Below are positions 8,085-17,510 of a stretch of 24,863 nucleotides of DNA, piece by piece. Positions within the stretch are counted from its first letter, which is position 1; each line of letters starts with the position of its first letter. Below the pieces are notes generated by a model, which saw only the letters and a list, made by a program, of their open reading frames with translations, did not search any database and was not told the origin of the DNA. Made by a program: the position numbers and the translations under genes. This DNA comes from a bacterium (GTDB lineage: Bacteria > JAMCPX01), in NCBI GenBank assembly GCA_037439545.1, contig JBBIVV010000035.1, positions 1-24,863 of the forward strand, read 5' to 3'.

Positions 8085-9707
8085 ATGATAAAAGAAAAAC
8101 TGTGCTTGATATCGGTAATCATCCTGTTCACGGCTGTTGCTGCACATGCAGAACCTGCTGCAAGAAGCGGATTATCCGTCATTACAGGGTGGTCGGGACT
8201 CCCTTCCTTTGCAAAGAGCGGCCTGAAAAGCACAGATACTACCTTAAACCTCGAGGGCTATACCCTGGGGTTGAGTTATGTATCCTACGGCAGTAAAGGG
8301 CCCAAGGGCGTTTTTTCAAGCAGGTACACGTTCACCTACGACCATTATCATGCACTCCCGCAGACCAAGGATTTTACTGCACGGAATGCAGATATATTCA
8401 TGCTGGATGTTGCAGAGATCCTTACCATATTTCCTTCCTGGCCCGTAAACCTCTACACAGGCATAGGAATGGGATGGGGCATTATGCGTCTCTATAATTG
8501 GAGCATACCTACGGATCCGTCCGTTGACCCCCAGAAAGTCAAAGACCTGGAGAACAAGATAGGCAAGTATCCTTTGCCTTTTCCTACAATCTATATACCT
8601 GTCGGGCTGAACATCAGGATCAGCAATTTCATATTCAGTGCAGAAACCGGCATAAGGGATATCCCTTATTTGATAGGCATGCTTACCTACACGTTCAACA
8701 AGGAAGATAATGTCAAGATCGTAAAAGAGGTTGTCCAGCTCCCGCCACCACCTTCTGATACCGGTAAGGTAACGGGAAAGATTATTGATCTGAACACAAA
8801 CGAGCCTATCGGGAGGGCAATTATAGAGATGAGGAATACCGATAGAACCGACCTCTCCACCAATCCTGTCTTTGGTACATTTACAACACCTGAGTTAAAA
8901 GCGGGTATCGTTGATCTTTATGCCTCAAAAGAGGGATACCTGCCTGGCTCTATCACGGCAACCGTTCAGGCAGGCAGAACAGTTTCGGCCACCATTGCTC
9001 TTCAAAAAGAACCAGCGACCGGTGCTGCATTCGGCACGGTGACGAATCTCCAGGGAAACCCGTTGTCCGCAACTATATCCGCAGCGGCAGTTTCAGCACA
9101 GGGAATGACCGTCCAGGCAAGTTGGCAGGTTACAAGCAATCCTCTGACCGGTGAATTTTTCATGAAACTTCAGGCCGGCACGTATTCAATTTCTGCCTCT
9201 TCGCCGGGTTACAAGACTCAGGCGGTAACTATTCTCGTGAACAAGGGTTTTAAAACCGGCGTTAATTTTAAGATGGAGCCGGAACAAATCGCTCCTGCAA
9301 TCACCCTTCCTCCGCCCGCACCGCCGGCGTTCGGCAAGAAACCGAAAGTGTTCATCGAGAAAAAGAAGATTATCATAACCGAAAAGATCTTCTTTACACT
9401 GGGCAAGGCAAAGATCCTGTCCGTGTCATTCAATATACTCGATGAACTCTCAGCCCTGCTTATGAAGAATCCTGACATAAAGATCAGGATAGAGGGCTAT
9501 ACTGACAGCACCGGAAGACCCGAAACGAATTTAAGACTTTCACAGAAAAGGGCTGAGGCAGTGCGGGACTACCTTATAAAAAAAGGTATTACGCCTGAAA
9601 GAATGACTGCAAAGGGATATGGTATGACGATGCCGATAGCGGACAACAAAACCGCAGCAGGCAGGGCAGAAAACAGGCGCGTTGAATTTTCAATCACCTC
9701 CCGGTAA
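8085..9707 (+). CDS. OmpA-family protein: signal peptide, putative beta-barrel, two carboxypeptidase-regulatory-like domains, OmpA C-terminal domain
   Basis: AHA signal cleavage; Pro-rich linkers; GKVTGKIID/GTVTN..G repeats; IEGYTDSTG, NLRLSQKRAEAV, GRAENRRVEF. Confidence 0.9.
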   Translation: MIKEKLCLISVIILFTAVAAHAEPAARSGLSVITGWSGLPSFAKSGLKSTDTTLNLEGYTLGLSYVSYGSKGPKGVFSSRYTFTYDHYHALPQTKDFTARNADIFMLDVAEILTIFPSWPVNLYTGIGMGWGIMRLYNWSIPTDPSVDPQKVKDLENKIGKYPLPFPTIYIPVGLNIRISNFIFSAETGIRDIPYLIGMLTYTFNKEDNVKIVKEVVQLPPPPSDTGKVTGKIIDLNTNEPIGRAIIEMRNTDRTDLSTNPVFGTFTTPELKAGIVDLYASKEGYLPGSITATVQAGRTVSATIALQKEPATGAAFGTVTNLQGNPLSATISAAAVSAQGMTVQASWQVTSNPLTGEFFMKLQAGTYSISASSPGYKTQAVTILVNKGFKTGVNFKMEPEQIAPAITLPPPAPPAFGKKPKVFIEKKKIIITEKIFFTLGKAKILSVSFNILDELSALLMKNPDIKIRIEGYTDSTGRPETNLRLSQKRAEAVRDYLIKKGITPERMTAKGYGMTMPIADNKTAAGRAENRRVEFSITSR

Positions 9708-9722
9708 TCTCTTTTCAGCATT

Positions 9723-10496
9723 CTATTCCTTTTGCTGTCTGTTGAATGCAAGAGCTGCAAGTATGATGCTGCCGAGCGTGAACGATAGCATCAGCACGAT
9801 ATCATGGAGCATGGAGATATCCGAGTGGAAATTGGCAAAGTCTACGAACATGATATGCTTGAAACTGTCGATACCGTACGTCAGAGGGTTGAGATACATA
9901 AAATAGCGCATGGCCTTTGGCAATATGTTTATAGGATACATTGCGCCGCTTAAAAAAAACATCGGCATAACGATAAAATTCATGATGATATTGAAGCTCT
10001 CGAACGATTTTATCAACGATGCTATGAACACGCCTATCGCTGAGATACACATCGAAACGATCATGATGAACAATACGAGCAGAAGCACCTCGGCCATGGT
10101 AAACCGTATACCTATGAATGGCGCGGCAGCCATGATGATGAGCCCCTGAATGGTTGACATGAGCGTGCCGCTCACCATCTTCCCGAACGCAATGGAGAAC
10201 CGGGATATGGGGGTTACCAGTATCTCTTTCATAAACCCGAATTCCCTGTCCCACACTATGGATATGGATGAGAAGATCGCACTGAACAGGATTGTCATGC
10301 CCAGTATGCCGGGCAAAATAAACTGGATATAGTTGACTCCGAGATTACCCTTTATAATCTGATTAAGCCCGGTCCCGATTATGAAAAGCCATGTTAAGGG
10401 CCGCGCAATCATACCGATAAGCCGGGATTTCTGTCTGAAAAATTTCTTGAGGTCCCTGAGAGTTATTACATATACAGGCAGGATAAATCTTCTCAT
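9723..10496 (-). CDS. ABC-2 type transporter permease
   Basis: Multiple TM segments; PGILGM, DREFGFMKEILVTP, FLSGAMYP, NPLTY; overlaps ATPase stop by 4 bp. Confidence 0.93.
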   Translation of the reverse strand: MRRFILPVYVITLRDLKKFFRQKSRLIGMIARPLTWLFIIGTGLNQIIKGNLGVNYIQFILPGILGMTILFSAIFSSISIVWDREFGFMKEILVTPISRFSIAFGKMVSGTLMSTIQGLIIMAAAPFIGIRFTMAEVLLLVLFIMIVSMCISAIGVFIASLIKSFESFNIIMNFIVMPMFFLSGAMYPINILPKAMRYFMYLNPLTYGIDSFKHIMFVDFANFHSDISMLHDIVLMLSFTLGSIILAALAFNRQQKE

Positions 10497-11443
10497 GTCT
10501 TATGCCTTTTTTTAAAAACAGTATGCTCTATGTGTTCATCCCTTATTTCAGTGCCGGTAAGTGAAATATATAACTCTTCAAGCTCCGGCTGATTTATCTT
10601 GAATTCGTCTATCTTTAACCCCGGCAGGCCAAACATCTGCTTTATAAAATTATCGGGTTTTTCTGTCTTAATCTGGTATTTTTTACCGCCGAGAGAGACC
10701 ATGCCATGAGACAACAACTGCCGGGCTGTGATATCATCGTCAGTGCTAAAGGTAATAATTGCCTTGCTCATCTCATGGATCAGTTTTTGAGGATTACCGA
10801 TGGCAATAATTTTACCATGGTCGATAATTGCGATCTTGTCGAAATCAGCAGCCTCTTCCATATAATGCGTGGTCACGAAGATCGTCGTTCCTTCTTTTTG
10901 TTTCATGTCTTTTATAAAATTCCAGACACCGGCCCTTGTCTGCGGATCAAGCCCTATGGTAGGCTCATCGAGAAACAGTACCCGTGGCCTGTGCAGCAGT
11001 CCCCGTATGACCTCAAGCCTCCTCTTCATGCCTCCCGAGAGATGCTTTACTATTTCATGTTTTTTATTCTGGAGTCCGATCATGGACAGAAGCTCATCGA
11101 TGCGTTCTATAGCCTTGCTTCTTGCCAAGCCGTAAAGATAGGCATGGAACAAAAGGTTCTCAAAAGTGGTCAATTCATTGTCCAGTGTCGTTTCCTGGAA
11201 AACGAGTCCTATGTTCTTGCGGACCTTGTCCGGTTCTTTGTTGACATCCAATCCTGCAACACAGGCCTGTCCGGAAGCAGGCTTCAGCAGTGTACAAAGG
11301 ATGTTTATGGTCGTTGTCTTGCCGGCGCCATTTGGACCGAGGAACCCGAACAACTCGCCGTATCCGACCTCGAAGCTTATACCGTCAACAGCAGGTACTC
11401 CGTCGTAAGTCTTATGAAGTTCTTTTACTTCTATCGCATTCAT
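10493..11443 (-). CDS. ABC transporter ATP-binding protein (DrrA-like)
   Basis: GPNGAGKTT, LSGGM, LFLDEPTIGLDP, TTHYMEEA. Confidence 0.95.
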   Translation of the reverse strand: MNAIEVKELHKTYDGVPAVDGISFEVGYGELFGFLGPNGAGKTTTINILCTLLKPASGQACVAGLDVNKEPDKVRKNIGLVFQETTLDNELTTFENLLFHAYLYGLARSKAIERIDELLSMIGLQNKKHEIVKHLSGGMKRRLEVIRGLLHRPRVLFLDEPTIGLDPQTRAGVWNFIKDMKQKEGTTIFVTTHYMEEAADFDKIAIIDHGKIIAIGNPQKLIHEMSKAIITFSTDDDITARQLLSHGMVSLGGKKYQIKTEKPDNFIKQMFGLPGLKIDEFKINQPELEELYISLTGTEIRDEHIEHTVFKKRHKT

Positions 11444-11500
11444 TGCTCTTAAGAAATCACAGATGCGTATCTCTATGCAAGAATTTACTTCATAATCCTT

Positions 11501-12493
11501 TTATATTTTTACTTCTCTGAGAAACCGGGCACTATCATCAGGCACAGAGGGGTTGATATACATACCCGTACCGATTTCAAACCCTGCAGTCCTCGTCACC
11601 CTTGTGACAATGGATAAGTACCAGTGAAAGTACCTGACCTCGCATTCCTGAGGTGACAGCGAGTGTATGACATAATTAAAATCAGGATTCCCCAAACCTG
11701 TATACAGCCGGAGCAGCGTATCTTTGAGGATACCGGCAAGATCATGCAGTTCTGAATCGCCGATACTCCCGAAACAAGCACTATGTCTTCGCGGAAATAT
11801 CCATATATGGAATGGCGACAATGCCGAATAGGGTATAAAGGCAACAAAGGAATCGTTTTGAGAAACGATTCTTACCCCGTCCTTCAGCTCCTCCTTTAAT
11901 ATGAGGCAATAAAGGCATTCCCCGAAGTCATCATAATATCGCAGCGCCGCTTCTATTCTGCTTTTCAGACGTCCGGGTACCACCGGCGTGCCGACAATCT
12001 GAGAATGCGGATGTTGTAAAGAAGTGCCTGCCCTTAACCCGTGGTTTTTAAATATGATTACATGCTCGATGTAACTCATCTTATAGAAATCGAGAAACCT
12101 TTTTTTATAAGCAGTGAGGATTTCTTCGACACCCGAAACCGGGAGCGCTGCGATGGATGCATTGTGCAGGGGGGTATCTACGATGACTTCGTGCAGCCCT
12201 GCTCCTGTCATGAATTTTTTTGTCCCTCTGCTTTCCCGCAGTATGTTTATCTCGTGGTTCACTGCAGAGAATTTGTTCGGCACAGCCCTGACCATCCATG
12301 CACCGTCTTTGCTTATCCGCAATGTTTCCGGGGGTGTTTTATCCTCATTTCCAGGGCAAAGAGGACATTCAGGTACATAGTCCGGCAGCACCTCTATTTG
12401 CCTTGAGGAAACAAAATCCTCGGGTCTTTTCGCACGCTCCGGTGCAATAATGACCCAGTCTCCGGTCACAAAATTAAATCTAAGCTCTGACAT
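11501..12493 (-). CDS. galT: Galactose-1-phosphate uridylyltransferase family (HIT) protein
   Basis: Likely start MSELRFNFVTGDWVIIAPERAKRP at 12493; CPLCPGNE, VPNKF, GTSLQHPHSQ, AGFEIGTG. Confidence 0.9.
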   Translation of the reverse strand: MSELRFNFVTGDWVIIAPERAKRPEDFVSSRQIEVLPDYVPECPLCPGNEDKTPPETLRISKDGAWMVRAVPNKFSAVNHEINILRESRGTKKFMTGAGLHEVIVDTPLHNASIAALPVSGVEEILTAYKKRFLDFYKMSYIEHVIIFKNHGLRAGTSLQHPHSQIVGTPVVPGRLKSRIEAALRYYDDFGECLYCLILKEELKDGVRIVSQNDSFVAFIPYSALSPFHIWIFPRRHSACFGSIGDSELHDLAGILKDTLLRLYTGLGNPDFNYVIHSLSPQECEVRYFHWYLSIVTRVTRTAGFEIGTGMYINPSVPDDSARFLREVKI

Positions 12494-12635
12494 AAGTTCT
12501 TCCTCTGAGATCAATTTATATCCACACCGGCACGAATGCAACAAATACTTGTTTTGACAGGGGATTGGTTCTCGCCTCTTTGGGGTCATTGCTTTTTGCA
12601 CATTTAATGCCTATAAAATATTATAAGGAGATATA

Positions 12636-14057
12636 ATGGAGAATGAATTGAGGGTAAGGTTTGCACCGAGCCCCACAGGTTACCTGCATATAGGCGGTGC
12701 AAGAACAGCCCTGTTTAATTATCTGTTTGCAAGACATAATAGCGGCAAGCTCATATTAAGGATAGAAGATACCGACAGGGAGCGTTCAACGGAAGCATCT
12801 GTCGATGCCATTATAAACGGTCTCACATGGCTCGGGCTTCGATGGGATGAAGGTCCTTTCTACCAGTCACAGAGGACAGAGCTATACCAACAGCATGTAG
12901 AGCAGCTCCTGAGCGAAGAAAAGGCTTACCGGTGTTACTGCACGCAGGAAGAGCTTGAATCGAAAAGGACAATGGCTCTTGCCGAGAAAAGAAAGCCCAT
13001 CTATGACAGGACGTGCAGGGAAAGAAAGGAGCAACCTGCCGGCATGCCCTATGTCATACGGTTCAAATCACCGCTTTACGGCACCACGGTGGTCAAGGAC
13101 ATGGTTAAGGGTAATATTGTTTTCAATAATGAGGAGCTCGAGGACTTTGTTATCCTGCGGAGCGACGGCAGTCCCACCTATAACTTCGTCGTCGTTGTCG
13201 ATGACGTGGACATGCACATTACACATGTTATCAGGGGTGATGACCATTTGAACAATACTCCGAAGCAAATCTTTCTTTATAATGCATTCAACTACCCTAT
13301 CCCCCGGTTTGCCCATATTCCTCTGATCCACGGCACAGACAAAGCGAGGCTCTCAAAGAGGCACGGTGCCACGTCCGTGGAATCATACAGGGAAGAAGGC
13401 TACCTCCCGGAGGCACTCGTCAACTATTTAGTCCGGCTTGGCTGGTCATTCGGCGATAAAGAAGTATTTAGCATGCAAGAGATGATAGACAATTTTTCTT
13501 TCGATACTATATCCAAATCTGCCGCGGTATTCAACCCTGAAAAGCTGCTCTGGCTTAATGGAACCTATATAAGAGAAAAATCCGCCGAAGAACTTTTGCA
13601 GTTACTCGAGCCATTCCTGAAAGCACGGAATATACCCGTCACTTTGAGCAGTCCTGACCACTCGAATCTTGTAAAACTGATAGACGAAACAAAGATCCGG
13701 TCGCGCTCCCTTATCGAGCTTCTCGATATGATGGATTACTATTTCAAGGAGAATATCGAATATGATCAGAACGCTGCGAACAAGTTGTTTACCACAGACA
13801 GGATTCACCACCTCGAGACCGTGTTATACGGATTATCTTCTCTCGATCGTTTTTCCAAAGACAGTATTGAACCAATCATAAAAGGCTATGCAGCAGATTC
13901 AGGCTTAAAACTCGGCGATATCGCACAACCTTTAAGACTCGCAATTACCGGAAGGACGGTAAGTCCAGGTTTATTTGAGATCATGGAAATTCTCGGCAGG
14001 GAAAGGGTGCTCAAAAGGATCGAACAGGCCGTCCGGTTTATCAAGAACAGGAGTTAA
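12636..14057 (+). CDS. gltX: Glutamate--tRNA ligase
   Basis: RFAPSPTGYLHIGG, RIEDTD, CYC..YDRTC, IRGDDH, LSKR, PLRLAITG..SPG; AAGGAG RBS. Confidence 0.97.
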   Translation: MENELRVRFAPSPTGYLHIGGARTALFNYLFARHNSGKLILRIEDTDRERSTEASVDAIINGLTWLGLRWDEGPFYQSQRTELYQQHVEQLLSEEKAYRCYCTQEELESKRTMALAEKRKPIYDRTCRERKEQPAGMPYVIRFKSPLYGTTVVKDMVKGNIVFNNEELEDFVILRSDGSPTYNFVVVVDDVDMHITHVIRGDDHLNNTPKQIFLYNAFNYPIPRFAHIPLIHGTDKARLSKRHGATSVESYREEGYLPEALVNYLVRLGWSFGDKEVFSMQEMIDNFSFDTISKSAAVFNPEKLLWLNGTYIREKSAEELLQLLEPFLKARNIPVTLSSPDHSNLVKLIDETKIRSRSLIELLDMMDYYFKENIEYDQNAANKLFTTDRIHHLETVLYGLSSLDRFSKDSIEPIIKGYAADSGLKLGDIAQPLRLAITGRTVSPGLFEIMEILGRERVLKRIEQAVRFIKNRS

Positions 14058-14062
14058 CCATA

Positions 14063-14980
14063 GTGAGTACACATGAACACAACACAGACATTAAAGGGTC
14101 AAACGGACTTCTCATTGCCCTAATAATAACGATCGTCATAATGTTCGCCGAGATCGCCGGCGGTTATATAAGCAACAGCCTTGCGCTGCTCGGCGATGCG
14201 GGGCACATGTTTACTGATGTGTTTTCTCTTGCCTTGAGTCTTTTTGCATTCACTATGGCAAAAAAACCTTCAACCAGCACCAAAACCTATGGTTATCACC
14301 GTATGGAAGTAATGGCAGCACTCACCAACGGTGCACTCCTCATCATTATATCCTTGGCCATATTTTACGAGGCATATAAAAGATTTTCATCACCGCCGGA
14401 GATACAGGGGCCAATCATGCTTATCATAGCATCGATCGGACTCATAGCGAATATAGCAGGCATATATGTGCTCAAAGACACCCATGCCGACAATCTGAAC
14501 ATACGCAGCGCCTTTCTGCACATTGTCGGCGATACAATCTCTTCCCTCGGAGTGATAATAGGCGGTATTTTGATCATAACGGAAAAGTGGTATTTCGTCG
14601 ATCCACTCATCAGCATACTCATAGGCGGCATAATAATCAGGGGCGCCATAGGTATTATCTTTGAATCGAGTTCTATTTTACTCGAATACGTACCGGGACA
14701 CATCGACCCGGACACAGTACATCAGGCGTTGCTGAACATACATGGCATAAAGAATGTGCACGATCTGCACATATGGGCGATAGCATCGGGACTATACTCG
14801 ATGAGTTCGCATATTATGATAGACGATAAAATGATAAGCGAGGGTGCTGTAATCATACAGCAGGTAGAGGCTGTCATGAAAGAAAAATTCAACATAAGCC
14901 ACACCACCATACAGCTTGAATGCGAGAACTGCGAATGCGGGATGATATGCAGCATGATAACCAAGAAAGAGAAGGGATAA
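14063..14980 (+). CDS. czcD: Cation diffusion facilitator (CzcD/ZitB-like) Zn/Co/Cd exporter
   Basis: GTG start; SLALLGDAGHMFTD, TYGYHRME, NIRSAFLHIVGD, VHDLHIW, HTTIQLE. Confidence 0.9.
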   Translation: MSTHEHNTDIKGSNGLLIALIITIVIMFAEIAGGYISNSLALLGDAGHMFTDVFSLALSLFAFTMAKKPSTSTKTYGYHRMEVMAALTNGALLIIISLAIFYEAYKRFSSPPEIQGPIMLIIASIGLIANIAGIYVLKDTHADNLNIRSAFLHIVGDTISSLGVIIGGILIITEKWYFVDPLISILIGGIIIRGAIGIIFESSSILLEYVPGHIDPDTVHQALLNIHGIKNVHDLHIWAIASGLYSMSSHIMIDDKMISEGAVIIQQVEAVMKEKFNISHTTIQLECENCECGMICSMITKKEKG

Positions 14981-14981
14981 C

Positions 14982-17366
14982 ATGACCGAACATCAAGACC
15001 CCGTGTGTGACATGACAGTCGAAGAAGGCACGGAAGCAGGTTCATACGTATACAAGGGAATAAAATATTATTTTTGCTCTGAATCCTGTGTAGAAAGGTT
15101 CAAAGAAGACCCTGAGAGGTTCCTTGCGCCGCATCCTGCTGCCGTCGAGATGCCGGTACATACGGACAGAAAACCTTCGAACCGGATCAAGACGATTGTT
15201 CTGCCGATAGAAGGCATGTCGTGCGCTTCATGCGTCGCAAAGATAGAGAAATCCTTGTCAAAACTCGACGGCGTTTCATCGGCATACGTTAATTTTGGTA
15301 CGGAAAAGGCAGTGGTAAAATATGACACCGGACTCCTCGATATGAATGATTTTAAACTCGCGGTTTCTTCTGCAGGTGCCTATGATATACTCGAGGACAA
15401 TGACAATCCTGACAAAGAATCTGCACTGAGACTCGCCGCCTTCAGGACATTGAGGATAAAGTTTATCTTCAGCCTTATCATAGCCGTCATCACGATGCTG
15501 CTCGGTATGAAGGACATGATTCCGCTCCTGAAAACACTACCAGTCACTTATGACCGCATCATAAACTATGTAATGCTCGTGTTAACGACCCCTGTGCTTT
15601 TCTGGGCCGGTGAGCAGTTCTTCAGAGGCGCTTATCAGGAGGCAAAACATCTGTCGACGAATATGGACACGCTCATTGCCCTTGGAACTTCTGTGGCTTA
15701 TATCTACAGCACTGCCGTGACATTCCTGCCGTTCCATGCTGCTGCCCATGTATACTTCGATACGACTGCATGGATCATAGCACTTATCCTGCTCGGCAGA
15801 CTGCTCGAGGCATATTCAAAAGGTAAAACTACCGATGCTATACGCTCCCTGATGGCATTAAAACCGCAGACTGCACGACTGATCAAAGACGGAAACGAGA
15901 TAGAAATCCCCGTGGAAAAGGTCGTGCAGGGAGCCATGATACGCATAAAACCCGGGGACAAAATACCCGTTGATGGCACTATTGCCGACGGCAGCTCTAC
16001 GATCGACGAATCCATGCTGACCGGCGAAAGCATACCCGTTGAAAAGACTGCCGGCAGTGAGGTATTCGCAGGAACAATCAATGTATCCGGCAGTTTTATT
16101 TTTAAGGCAACGAAGGTCGGGAACGACACAACCCTTTCCCGTATCATACAACTGGTAACAGAGGCTCAGGGATCGAAAGCCCCTGTCGAAAGGCTTGCCG
16201 ATAAGGTGGCGGGCTATTTTGTACCTGCCGTTATCGGCATAGCAGTGCTAACTGCACTCTTATGGTATGCATTGACGCCGGATCATTCTCTCTCATTTGC
16301 ACTTACCAATCTCGTTTCAGTACTGGTCATTGCCTGCCCCTGCGCTTTGGGACTTGCGACGCCGACCGCTGTTATCGTCGGGCTCGGCAAGGGTGCACAG
16401 CACGGTATACTGATAAAAGGCGGTGAAAGCCTTGAGAAGGCTTATGGCATCACCACGGTACTGTTCGATAAGACAGGCACATTGACACAGGGCAAACCTG
16501 TCGTCACGGATGTGCTCCCCGCAGACATGGAAAAACAGGCATTCCTATCGTACGCTGCTTCAGTAGAATCTTTATCAGAACACCCGCTTGCACAGGCAGT
16601 CGTTCAACACGCCCGTGACAACGACGTCCGAATCAGACATGTTGACGGATTTAAGTTACAGTCCGGCGTAGGCGTATCGGGGATCGTCAACGGCACTACG
16701 ATTACGATAACCAAACCAGATGATGACACGGGAAAAGACCTCGCGCTGCAGGGCAAAACAGTTCTTGTCGTAAAAGTGAACGGTAAATTATCCGGAGTTA
16801 TAGGTTTAAAAGATATACCGAAACACGATGCTCAAGATGCTGTTTCCCAGTTAAAAAAAGCAGGTGTAAAAATTGCCATGATAACAGGCGATAATAGATA
16901 CACGGCATCTGCAGTTGCAGCAGAGCTCGGCATTGATGACTTTCAAGCAGGGGTCCTTCCCGAAGGCAAGACAGATGCGGTAAAACAGTACCGGCAAAAA
17001 GGAGAAAAGACGGCAATGGTCGGTGATGGCATAAACGATGCACCTGCACTCACGACAGCGGATCTCGGCATTGCGATAGGCTCGGGCACTGATATTGCGA
17101 TAGAGGCGTCGGACATAACTATTATAAGCGGCGAGTTAACATCCGTATTAAAAGCACTTAAACTCGCGAGAGCTACCATGCATACCATCAGGCAAAACCT
17201 TTTCTGGGCATTTTTCTATAATATCATCGCAATCCCGGTTGCCGCCGGAGCGTTATATCCGTTCTTCCACATTCTTCTTAACCCTGTCATTGCGGCATTT
17301 GCAATGGCTTTTAGTTCAGTATCGGTTGTTTCAAATTCCCTTCGTTTGAAACGCACCGCTTTTTAA
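14982..17366 (+). CDS. copA: Cu(I)-translocating P1B-1 ATPase with N-terminal YHS and HMA domains
   Basis: DPVCDM..YYFCSESC (YHS), GMSCASC, TGES, CPC, DKTGTLT, SEHP, GDGINDAP, YN and MAFSS TM motifs. Confidence 0.93.
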   Translation: MTEHQDPVCDMTVEEGTEAGSYVYKGIKYYFCSESCVERFKEDPERFLAPHPAAVEMPVHTDRKPSNRIKTIVLPIEGMSCASCVAKIEKSLSKLDGVSSAYVNFGTEKAVVKYDTGLLDMNDFKLAVSSAGAYDILEDNDNPDKESALRLAAFRTLRIKFIFSLIIAVITMLLGMKDMIPLLKTLPVTYDRIINYVMLVLTTPVLFWAGEQFFRGAYQEAKHLSTNMDTLIALGTSVAYIYSTAVTFLPFHAAAHVYFDTTAWIIALILLGRLLEAYSKGKTTDAIRSLMALKPQTARLIKDGNEIEIPVEKVVQGAMIRIKPGDKIPVDGTIADGSSTIDESMLTGESIPVEKTAGSEVFAGTINVSGSFIFKATKVGNDTTLSRIIQLVTEAQGSKAPVERLADKVAGYFVPAVIGIAVLTALLWYALTPDHSLSFALTNLVSVLVIACPCALGLATPTAVIVGLGKGAQHGILIKGGESLEKAYGITTVLFDKTGTLTQGKPVVTDVLPADMEKQAFLSYAASVESLSEHPLAQAVVQHARDNDVRIRHVDGFKLQSGVGVSGIVNGTTITITKPDDDTGKDLALQGKTVLVVKVNGKLSGVIGLKDIPKHDAQDAVSQLKKAGVKIAMITGDNRYTASAVAAELGIDDFQAGVLPEGKTDAVKQYRQKGEKTAMVGDGINDAPALTTADLGIAIGSGTDIAIEASDITIISGELTSVLKALKLARATMHTIRQNLFWAFFYNIIAIPVAAGALYPFFHILLNPVIAAFAMAFSSVSVVSNSLRLKRTAF

Positions 17367-17406
17367 TGTCGATCAAAATGATGTTTAATTTTACGCAATT
17401 ATTGTA

Positions 17407-17452
17407 ATTATATTTTTCATGAAATATAATCCTATTATAAATCAATAGGTTA
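17407..17452. promoter_or_regulatory. AT-rich dyad plus IHF consensus upstream of the diguanylate cyclase
   Basis: ATTATATTT-N6-AAATATAAT (17407-17430); AATCAATAGGTTA (17440-17452) matches WATCAANNNNTTR. Confidence 0.5.
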
Positions 17453-17510
17453 AATTCATTTAATGTGGTATAAAAGTTGCGAAGTGTCTGTATTATGAGA
17501 AGAGAAAAAA

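Noticed and set aside
10706..11452. 248-aa plus-strand ORF
   Set aside because: Entirely antisense to the ABC ATPase; no motifs
12494..12601. 36-aa N-terminal extension of galT
   Set aside because: The family N-terminus is MSELR at 12493; the extension lies in the divergent promoter region
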